From positions 1-21,963 of the forward strand of contig JAYZAC010000055.1 of the NCBI GenBank assembly GCA_036339875.1: a DNA stretch of 21,963 nt, in the 5' to 3' direction. The translations under genes and the position numbers were made by a program. The DNA comes from a bacterium (GTDB lineage: Bacteria > Muiribacteriota > UBA6191). The notes beneath the pieces are model-generated. The model had not been told where the DNA came from, did not search any database, and saw only the letters and a program-made list of their open reading frames with translations. Shown piece by piece: positions 8,410 through 16,906 of the stretch. How positions within the stretch are numbered: the first letter of the stretch is position 1; every line of letters begins with the position of its first letter.

Positions 8410-11400
8410 ATGAAAATCAATCAGTTAAAGAAACGTGAGATTCTTCTAATCATTGTTTTCACAATTTTTTTGTTACACGTTTACATAGGACGTGGAGACT
8501 CTGTTTTTAGCGGTATTTTTCCACAAAATCTAGCTAGTTTTTTTATACAAATTGAATCAAGATTTTTTGATCACAGAATTCGTAGTAGAGGTGCAGCGGA
8601 TCAGTTACGTATAAAACAAATGCTAACTAATTCTATTAAAAGTGGAAAATATGCTGAAGGCTCAAAAGGGTTTGCTCGACATTACGATTCAATGCTCATT
8701 AATAGTGAGAATAGTAAAGATGTTGTTATTTTAGCTATTGATGAAAAAACGATGGAAGAGGTTGGTCAATGGCCCATTAGAAGGGATACTTACGCAAAGT
8801 TAATGGACCGTATTTTTGTGGATGGTGAAGCTCGACAACTGGTATACGACATAGTCTTCAAAGAGCGCAGTGACTCTGAACCTATCAAACGACTTAAATC
8901 TCTTCGTAAAACTAGTAATTCGAAAAATCGTAACGAAATTGATAAGCATATAGAATTTTTGGACTACGATAAAAAATTAGAAAAATCTTTTCTTAAATAT
9001 GCAGATAAAATTGTTGCTGGTTATGCCTTGCTTCAAGATTTTGAGCTTACCGATAAAAATACTTCAGTTATAAAAATCCTTTCTGATTCTACAGGAATCA
9101 GTGGTTCTGGAATGCAAGAAAGCGTACAACGTCTATCTTCAACTACTCGCTCAGGAGGTGTTTTTAATTACGAAAAACTACGTTTAATTCTCAAACGTCG
9201 CGGTTATTTTAATATGTATCAAGACCAAAACGATGGAGTTATGAGAAAGGTAGAACTTCTACAAAAATATCGAGTGACTAGAATATTATCAGATGGGCAA
9301 ATAGATTCTTCAAATCAAGTGGATATTTTTGGTGCTTTAAGCCTGGAAGCTTGCAAATTAAGCGAGGGCATGGATTCTATGCTTGAAGATGGAGATAATG
9401 CAGACCTAGTATATAAGGTTAAGAAAAATGAATATGTTTTCTTAGATTCAGTTCTTGAAGGATTTCGTTCGGAAATAAGTGATGTAATGCTCAGGCCAGT
9501 ATGGCTCACTAATCATCAAAAAGGCTTACTTAAAAATTTAATAAGTCATCTTCCGCTATCTGAAGGTAATTCTATCTCTTTTAATTATTGGCTCATGAAA
9601 TATGTTGCCGGACATTTTGAAAAAGATCATGAAGAAGGTTTTTATAATACATTAGCCTCAGTTGCGGGATCTAATGACGCTATATTAAAAAAGTTTTTAT
9701 TACGAGATTTATCGAAAGATGTAATTTTCGATTTAAAAGAAAGTAATGATCCCAAGGAGTTAGCTCATAAATTAGAATTAGCTCATAAAAATCTTGATAG
9801 TAATATCTCAAATCTTTTGCGCGATATGATTCTAGATTTTGTGCATTGGTATTTAGATTTAATGCATTCCTTCAGTTCTGACGAACGACGCAAATACTAT
9901 GAATATTTAAGAGAAAATTTAATACCAGATAAATCTTTCATTTTTAAATACTATAAATTTGAAAACTTTAAGGAGGCAGAAGGTAATAAAGAAGTTGAGA
10001 TGGATGGGGATGGAACATCCTACATTAATTATTATGGGATTGATAATTCGTATTTATTTCTTAGTTTAGCAGACGTTCTGAATCGTAATACTTTCAAAGG
10101 AAGATTGTACGGTTTTTCGACACCAGAAATGAATATTAAAGATGCTTTGCGCAATAAAGTAGTCTTTCTGGGGCCAACCGCCAAAGGTATAAATGATTGG
10201 CGTGTTACACCCGTGGCCAAACAAATGGATGGGGTAGAAATACATGCTAATAGTTATGACATGCTAAGAAAACAGGATACTTTGCTTCGCCGTAACGCCG
10301 ACACAACAGAGCTGTTCCTTATAATAGTCATAGCTATTCTAGTTCCTTATCTACTGAATCGAATAGGTGCGAAATGGGGCGCTCTACTTATTTTAGGAAT
10401 TTTAGGGGGGTATTATGGATTTTGTGATCTCATGTTTTTTGAGAATAAAACTTATTATCAATTTACGCCCTTGGCTATTGAATTAATTGTTTTTTATCTT
10501 TATTTGAATACGCGTAATTACATTATCGAGGAAAAAGAAAGAAAGAAAACAAAAGCTGCTTTTTCAAATTATGTAAATGCTAATGTTGTAGATAAAGTAC
10601 TTCGAGACCCAGAGATGTTAAAGCTTGGGGGAACAAGAAAAGAGGTTTCTGTATTATTCTCTGATGTTCGTTCATTTACTACTATATCTGAGGGCTTACC
10701 TCCTGAAGAATTAGTCTCGCTAATGAATGAATACCTTACTGAAATGACTGATTTAGTTCTTGAATATGACGGCACCTTGGATAAATTTATTGGAGATGCC
10801 GTAATGGCTTTCTGGGGTGCACCAATTGATCAAAAAAATCATTATGAACTCGCTACTCTTACAGCGATTGATATGAATTTGAAAGTGAATGAGATGCGAC
10901 CGTATTTTATAGAAAAATACAATGTACCTATTCACGTTGGTATTGGTATAAGTACTGGTTCAGCAGTTGTTGGTAATATGGGTTCTATAAGTCGATTTGA
11001 TTATACGATGCTGGGTGATACAGTAAATCTAGGAGCTCGTTTAGAGGGTCAAACAAAAAATTATGGTGCGGAACTAATCATTTCTCAAACAACCTATGAC
11101 TATGTAAATAATTGGGCAGCTACTCGTTTTTTAGATTTGATTGCGGTAAAAGGTAAAACAGAACCAGTCAAAATTTATGAGTGTCCAAACCGTATAAAAG
11201 ACTGTAGTAATAAATATTTGGAAGGCTTAGCCAAGTTTAATGAAGCGATCGAAGTCTATTATATGGGTCGCCAATTTAAGGAAGGAATTCAAGTTTTTGA
11301 AGATCTAAAGAAGTATCGAGATGGCCAGGACAAAGCCTGTGATTTATACATCGACCGTTGCAAAAACTTTTTGGAAAATCCGCCTGCTGAAGATTGGAAT

Positions 11401-11427
11401 GGAGTGTTTGTGGCAACTAGCAAATAG
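8410..11427 (+). CDS. Membrane-bound class III adenylate cyclase with CHASE2 sensor domain
   Basis: N-terminal TM. CHASE2 motifs (VVILAIDE, GQWPIRR, DGVMR, GVEIHAN). Three TM segments. Cyclase motifs FSDVRSFT, DKFIGDAVMA, YTMLGDTVNLGARLE; the Lys/Thr pair implies ATP specificity. TTG at 8404 is an alternative start. Confidence 0.93.
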   Translation: MKINQLKKREILLIIVFTIFLLHVYIGRGDSVFSGIFPQNLASFFIQIESRFFDHRIRSRGAADQLRIKQMLTNSIKSGKYAEGSKGFARHYDSMLINSENSKDVVILAIDEKTMEEVGQWPIRRDTYAKLMDRIFVDGEARQLVYDIVFKERSDSEPIKRLKSLRKTSNSKNRNEIDKHIEFLDYDKKLEKSFLKYADKIVAGYALLQDFELTDKNTSVIKILSDSTGISGSGMQESVQRLSSTTRSGGVFNYEKLRLILKRRGYFNMYQDQNDGVMRKVELLQKYRVTRILSDGQIDSSNQVDIFGALSLEACKLSEGMDSMLEDGDNADLVYKVKKNEYVFLDSVLEGFRSEISDVMLRPVWLTNHQKGLLKNLISHLPLSEGNSISFNYWLMKYVAGHFEKDHEEGFYNTLASVAGSNDAILKKFLLRDLSKDVIFDLKESNDPKELAHKLELAHKNLDSNISNLLRDMILDFVHWYLDLMHSFSSDERRKYYEYLRENLIPDKSFIFKYYKFENFKEAEGNKEVEMDGDGTSYINYYGIDNSYLFLSLADVLNRNTFKGRLYGFSTPEMNIKDALRNKVVFLGPTAKGINDWRVTPVAKQMDGVEIHANSYDMLRKQDTLLRRNADTTELFLIIVIAILVPYLLNRIGAKWGALLILGILGGYYGFCDLMFFENKTYYQFTPLAIELIVFYLYLNTRNYIIEEKERKKTKAAFSNYVNANVVDKVLRDPEMLKLGGTRKEVSVLFSDVRSFTTISEGLPPEELVSLMNEYLTEMTDLVLEYDGTLDKFIGDAVMAFWGAPIDQKNHYELATLTAIDMNLKVNEMRPYFIEKYNVPIHVGIGISTGSAVVGNMGSISRFDYTMLGDTVNLGARLEGQTKNYGAELIISQTTYDYVNNWAATRFLDLIAVKGKTEPVKIYECPNRIKDCSNKYLEGLAKFNEAIEVYYMGRQFKEGIQVFEDLKKYRDGQDKACDLYIDRCKNFLENPPAEDWNGVFVATSK
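9757..9789 (+). repeat. Short in-frame duplication (ELAHK-L-ELAHK)
   Basis: GAGTTAGCTCATAAA-TTA-GAATTAGCTCATAAA, 14 of 15 nt identical, period 18. Confidence 0.6.
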
Positions 11428-11566
11428 CAGTTAATTTTTGACGATCTTGCACAGTATTGAGGTCTATTAAAATAGGATATTTCAAAAGTTTCATTTGTTC
11501 TAAGTAGCACTATTGACCAAAGTAAATTTAGTCATAAACTTCCAGCATAATCTGTGGGAGATAATC

Positions 11567-13036
11567 ATGATAACTAAAATATCCACCTCTTCTTGTGGAC
11601 TTCGACCTTTACTGGCGTCTCTAATATTTTGTCTATTCTTTTTTGAGGGCTACTCTTCAGAGTTAGTAGTTAGACCTCCAGATGGTAAAGTTGGAAAAGA
11701 ACAAGTATTGATATTTCTGCCTGGGGCAAGAGTCCCAGCGGAAAATTATCAGGATTTATTAAGCAAAATTCAAAATGAAGTTAATAGACCTCTGTGGACT
11801 ATTACACTAAAGTTCTTAGGAGATGTCCCACAGCCTTTGAGATTAAAGTCTAGAGTTGAGCGAGTTATTAAAAATCTGAATAAAAATCTTGATTCTAAAA
11901 TTTTACAAGAAGATATATGGTTAAGTGGACATTCTCTGGGTGGTATTAATGCCCGTAGAATAGCTTCAGAATATGGAGGATTAATTCTATTATCCTCTTA
12001 TTTCGATCGGCTTGGCGACCGTAATAAATCTGATTTCCCTAAATTTGAGCGGCCCGTTCTATTGTTATCCGGCGAACTCGATGGACTGACTAGACCAGCT
12101 TATTTGGTACGAGACGCTAAATTTGATACAAGTAGTATAAATAAAGAAGATTGGAATAAGTCGGTCATTTTACTTCCAGAAGTTAATCATAGCCTATTCG
12201 CTTATGATGATTATTTAGTAAACGGTGATTTACCTACTACATTAAACCCTTCAGTAGGAAGGAAGTTGATAGCTAAGGCGGCCGGTTTATTTATGACTAT
12301 TCATAGTAATCAAACTGAGGCTAGACTTAAGGCTAATTCTATGGAATCTCTCTATGAACTTAAGAAACAGAGTGATGAATTAATGCGCTCCTATGAAACC
12401 GCTTATGCCATGGATTCAACATTATGTGGGGACGCTCAAGGGTTAATTATTAAAGAGGATTTAGGTCAGAATACCAACGTAAACATAAACTCTCAGACTG
12501 AAAAAGGAATACATAAGTTTGCTCTTGCAAAACCCACAATTGAAATAGGTTCTAAAAAAGAACCGATCATTACCACAGTGAAGTTTGTTGATAACTATCG
12601 AAACATTATAGATCTCGGTAATATCTCTTTAGCTCCAAAAGCAAGCTTTTGTAAGATGAAATCTGCAGAGTCCGTAGTAAATGCAGATTTAGATGAGGAA
12701 ATTCACAAGAAAACTTCTTGCTCTAAAATACAAAGGCGACTAATGTTAGAAACCTTGTATCTTTTAACAGACAAGCAATATCAGCGATATTTGGAGTCTG
12801 GAAAAATACTGGATATAGTAAAGGAAAAAAAGAATTCCACAGGAATAGGATGGCTGTCATCTGGTTCAGATTTAATAGATGAAGAGGATGGTGATTACTT
12901 CGTCAATACTCGTTCATTGTATACAAATTTGGATGCACCAAAACTCTTTAATGGAATGACTTATTGTAAATTAGTGACTCCCGCGCGATTACTTGACTGG
13001 TATTTAATTGATTCCTTAATACCAGATTCGAACTGA
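11567..13036 (+). CDS. Exported alpha/beta hydrolase with Cys-containing C-terminal domain
   Basis: GGGAG RBS and ATG at 11567. Hydrophobic N-terminus. FLPGA oxyanion motif, GHSLGG nucleophile elbow, GELDG (Asp), VNHS (His). Confidence 0.85.
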   Translation: MITKISTSSCGLRPLLASLIFCLFFFEGYSSELVVRPPDGKVGKEQVLIFLPGARVPAENYQDLLSKIQNEVNRPLWTITLKFLGDVPQPLRLKSRVERVIKNLNKNLDSKILQEDIWLSGHSLGGINARRIASEYGGLILLSSYFDRLGDRNKSDFPKFERPVLLLSGELDGLTRPAYLVRDAKFDTSSINKEDWNKSVILLPEVNHSLFAYDDYLVNGDLPTTLNPSVGRKLIAKAAGLFMTIHSNQTEARLKANSMESLYELKKQSDELMRSYETAYAMDSTLCGDAQGLIIKEDLGQNTNVNINSQTEKGIHKFALAKPTIEIGSKKEPIITTVKFVDNYRNIIDLGNISLAPKASFCKMKSAESVVNADLDEEIHKKTSCSKIQRRLMLETLYLLTDKQYQRYLESGKILDIVKEKKNSTGIGWLSSGSDLIDEEDGDYFVNTRSLYTNLDAPKLFNGMTYCKLVTPARLLDWYLIDSLIPDSN

Positions 13037-13044
13037 TCACGTTT

Positions 13045-14124
13045 TTAGCGAGATTCAAATTCTATAAAGCTACTCCGTTCACTTCTATCTGGTGGAAATT
13101 CGATGGTTTCAAGTTTGCGGTTTAATTCGGCTTCAATGCCACCTAAAAGATCAGAAATTCGAGCTCTTAAAGCCTTAAAATATTGATTGAGGCTGTGAAC
13201 AGCAGCCAATTCGTCAGCATGAACGTAGCTGTTATAAAACGTTATAGTTTTGGTTTCTATAGGCTGAACTGGTCGGCTATCTTTGACTTTAGAAGGTAAC
13301 TTCTCCTTGCCTCCAAATCTTATTTTTACTAAAGGGAGGTAGATTTCTGGTTCCTGGTCAAACATATGTATGTCATCTATTTCTTTAGAATTGTATCTAT
13401 CTGATTCAAGAATCAATTCTTCGCCAAAGTGAGCGTAATTAAATGGAGGTAGGAGATTCACTACATCGCCTTGAATAACTACTCTGGTTAATTTTAGTTT
13501 TCCCATAGATTGTGCACCACGATTGTTAGTAACTCTGGGTTGAGCAAAAGTAATGACTTCGACTTGGTGACCTAGATTCTGTAAATGAGCTCCAATGAGT
13601 GTAGATACTGCTCCACCCATAGAATGACCCGTCAATGTTATTTTGTAGCTGGGCTCAAAATCGTCTTTTATAGAATCGTAAATTTCTTGAGCAATTTTCA
13701 GAAATCCACGGTGAACCTTGTGAGAAAACCAGTCATTTTCCTTCATCCAAAATTCAAGATTCAAAAGCCAATTTCGAATATTATTTGATCCGCGAATCGC
13801 TAGAGTAATTCGCTTTTCTTTGTGATCAGTATGTATGAAGTAGCGTGTTTTTGTTTTTTTTGTGGTACGAACAACTGCTCCCGGAAACTCATCCTGAATA
13901 TCTTTTTTACTAGATCCAGTCAAGTAAGACACTCGTGAGAAATATATGTATCGCAGTAATTTTCTTACTTCTTCATGATTGGAATTTGCATCAATATGAG
14001 AATTATCAGAGTTCTCAGGAATATGACTATATATTAGGTCGTTGTAATGGTTAGAGGCGATCAACAAATTAATCGAAAGAAATGAAATAATGATCTTTAT
14101 AAAGTAAATCTTTAGCGCACCCAT
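13045..14124 (-). CDS. Exported class 3 lipase
   Basis: Signal-like N-terminus. LAIRGS, VHRGF, TGHSMGGA, TFAQPRV, GDVVNLLP, probable catalytic His in VHSLNQY. Confidence 0.92.
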   Translation of the reverse strand: MGALKIYFIKIIISFLSINLLIASNHYNDLIYSHIPENSDNSHIDANSNHEEVRKLLRYIYFSRVSYLTGSSKKDIQDEFPGAVVRTTKKTKTRYFIHTDHKEKRITLAIRGSNNIRNWLLNLEFWMKENDWFSHKVHRGFLKIAQEIYDSIKDDFEPSYKITLTGHSMGGAVSTLIGAHLQNLGHQVEVITFAQPRVTNNRGAQSMGKLKLTRVVIQGDVVNLLPPFNYAHFGEELILESDRYNSKEIDDIHMFDQEPEIYLPLVKIRFGGKEKLPSKVKDSRPVQPIETKTITFYNSYVHADELAAVHSLNQYFKALRARISDLLGGIEAELNRKLETIEFPPDRSERSSFIEFESR

Positions 14125-14224
14125 ATTCGACTATTGTTGAATGAATTATTAGCCTGATTACATTATACGTTGAAAAATTCTAAATGTTCCGAGTTTACAG
14201 CTATTAAATAATAATGCTGACAGT

Positions 14225-15424
14225 TTATTGATTGTACGACTTCCAGTCTGGATGGTAGAGGATAGAACTCATATAAATAAACATTGTTAACGTCTGTGTA
14301 CCGTAAAGATGTGTATCAATGAAACATATTAGAGAAAACATGACAGGTAATATCAGGAGCATTGGTCTGAATGGATGCCGGTTAAATTTAATGAAGTCTC
14401 TAATTTGCATGAAGAATAAACTGATAAATAAGATCAGGCCTACAATTCCAAATTGTACTCCTGACATAAGATATTGATTGTGTGGATTATAATTTATCCT
14501 TCCTCGTTCATAAATAGGCCACACTTTGTCGTGTTCTATCCTGTATGATCCTGTGCCGTGTCCGATGACTGGACTCTTAAGAAAAACACTCCAGCAAACT
14601 CTTATATGATGAAATCTTTGTCCCATTGAGCTATATATATCTCCCTTCTGAAAGCGGTCCCATTGTTCCTGAATTTGTACATAACGTTTTTGAAATGAGT
14701 GAAGACTCGTAAACAGAATACAAAGTGTTATAAATATGCCTAAAACGGTACCCCAAAAATAGATCCATTTGCGAGTCTCAAGCAACACCCAAAATGGAAT
14801 AATAATAGCGAATAAAATTTGTCCCGATCGACCCTCAATGATAATCAAGCTGACCAACAGGGAAATGATGAGTAAGCTCGATGCAATTCTGTATTTAGTA
14901 CTCCATTTTTTTTGCCAATGAGCAAGGATAAAAATTGTAAATAAAAGTAAAGGACTATAATGAATTCTTGGAATGAAAGGTGTTCCACCGAATTTTAGAG
15001 ATTCAAATTCAATCAGTCCTAAATGCATTGCATGCAGAATAAAGTGGTATACGACAATACCCAAAATGTAACTTGCTAAACTTTTCTTGAATAATTTTGG
15101 TCCAAAAGCACCCATGAAAATTGGTATTGATGCCAAATAGAAAGCTTTTTTCCAAGGTTCGAACGCTGCGTATGGATCATTAGTCCAAAGTATACCCAAG
15201 GTGTGTATTGTGAGCCATGCCAAACCGAACCATACTAAATGCGTTATTTTGAATACCTTTCTCCATCCCAGGGACCAGGCTCGAATGAATGAAAAAATAA
15301 CTATAAGGCCCATACAAAAAAAGGTTAGAGCAACGGAAAATGGTAGAGAAAAACCAAAAAGCAAAAATAAAATCTCACTGATTTTTTGAAGATTAAATGA
15401 GCTAAAATTGGATGTTTTGTACAA
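14225..15424 (-). CDS. O-antigen ligase family protein (WaaL/Wzy_C)
   Basis: Many TM helices, GRSG motif, loop SSMGQR...P.IGHGTG...NPHNQYL...GIVGL. TTG start preceded by AGGA. Confidence 0.88.
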   Translation of the reverse strand: MYKTSNFSSFNLQKISEILFLLFGFSLPFSVALTFFCMGLIVIFSFIRAWSLGWRKVFKITHLVWFGLAWLTIHTLGILWTNDPYAAFEPWKKAFYLASIPIFMGAFGPKLFKKSLASYILGIVVYHFILHAMHLGLIEFESLKFGGTPFIPRIHYSPLLLFTIFILAHWQKKWSTKYRIASSLLIISLLVSLIIIEGRSGQILFAIIIPFWVLLETRKWIYFWGTVLGIFITLCILFTSLHSFQKRYVQIQEQWDRFQKGDIYSSMGQRFHHIRVCWSVFLKSPVIGHGTGSYRIEHDKVWPIYERGRINYNPHNQYLMSGVQFGIVGLILFISLFFMQIRDFIKFNRHPFRPMLLILPVMFSLICFIDTHLYGTQTLTMFIYMSSILYHPDWKSYNQ

Positions 15425-15530
15425 AGTTTGTCCTATTTAATCTTCGAATGCATATTTTTGCGTATTTTTTTATCTGATAGGATGTTCTCAATAAAAATAT
15501 TTATAACAAGAAAATATATAATTGAGCGTA

Positions 15531-16274
15531 TCATTCTTCTAGTCTTGGCTTGAATATAAAATTATTACAGTAGTTTTTCGAATCCCAATATGCCCCAAGA
15601 TCAGTTGCTTGATGTTCACTAGCAACAAAATTTTCAATACTAATCAGCTTCTTATTTTGAATGAAAAATCCTTCGTAATCGAGTGCTATTATAAAGTCAA
15701 TAATTTCCTCAACAGTATTATCAATTAGATGTCTTTGCTCACATTCCAATACTATAACCGGATGATATTTGTTAATAATTCCTAAAGCTCCTTTGATTAC
15801 ATTTAATTCATTACCTTCTACGTCAATTTTTATACATGCGACTTTTCGGATTTCATCAGTTAGAAATAAGTCTAGACTAGTAATTTGAATTTCTTGTGAC
15901 GTCCAGTTGTTTGGAATATGCGCGCCATCAATAATTGAAGCGCTTGGATTTGTCCCTTTCATCGGTATGTGTAGGTTCGAACTACCTTTTCGATCTGATA
16001 TACCAACTTCATAAACCTCGCATTGAGATAATGAAAGCTCACAAAATACTTGCCTCAGATACTCAGCTAGCGCCATTTGAGGTTCGAAAGCAAGAAGTCG
16101 ACCCTTTTTACCGACAGCCACTGCAAGCGAATGAGCAAAACTTCCCTTATTTGCACCTACATCAATGGCAATATCTCCTGGTTTAATAGATTCCAGTAAC
16201 ATCTCGATTTCAATTTTATGATCACAATATCTAGATTTGAATGATCTCCATAAAAATTTAAGTTTTCTGAACAT
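15531..16274 (-). CDS. FkbM family SAM-dependent methyltransferase
   Basis: IDVGANKG, AFEP, IKIDVEGNE motifs. Confidence 0.92.
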   Translation of the reverse strand: MFRKLKFLWRSFKSRYCDHKIEIEMLLESIKPGDIAIDVGANKGSFAHSLAVAVGKKGRLLAFEPQMALAEYLRQVFCELSLSQCEVYEVGISDRKGSSNLHIPMKGTNPSASIIDGAHIPNNWTSQEIQITSLDLFLTDEIRKVACIKIDVEGNELNVIKGALGIINKYHPVIVLECEQRHLIDNTVEEIIDFIIALDYEGFFIQNKKLISIENFVASEHQATDLGAYWDSKNYCNNFIFKPRLEE

Positions 16275-16906
16275 ATTGCTGAAGGTACTCCGTCAAGAAT
16301 CAAATTCTAAGTCACCTATATCGACAATAATATTCCATAATGAATCTCTTCAATCGATTGGCTGTCATGATGATTGTAATAAATTTGTAGTATTTTTCAA
16401 CTGAAAATTTTGGCTCATTTGTTAGGTTTATAATTGTTAAGAAATGTGTTTTAAGTGCTTCGTTATTCTGTGTAGGCTACATTTAATTCTTCAATTGGAA
16501 TGATTCGTTAACGTTACTAATTTTCGAAATTGGGTTCAATTTGATTTTCATTGTGGCTAAGTAAATTAATTCGCTAATTCTTACTAGCAATGATTAAGTA
16601 AATGGTCCTCCAAATAAACCAAGTCTTAATCGCGAGAATTAATAACTAATATCGATAAGATTGTAGATTTGGAGAAATGAAAACATGTTTCTTAATCTGT
16701 AGTACTTTGAATCTTAGATTATGTTCGAGTAATTTCGTTGATGATTATGGACTTAAGTATTGCTTTTTCCAGATTCACAACATTAATATTTTGTCGACGA
16801 GGTATCATATTGAATTATAGAACTAATTTTTGTAATTACCTCCCGTGTTAAGATTTGACTTTAATCTCTTTTTTTTCAGAGTATTAATTTTCTATTGATT
16901 TCAGGA

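Noticed and set aside
13045..14124. Type VI secretion lipase effector
   Set aside because: It has a Sec-type signal-like N-terminus, and there is no vgrG, PAAR or immunity gene nearby.
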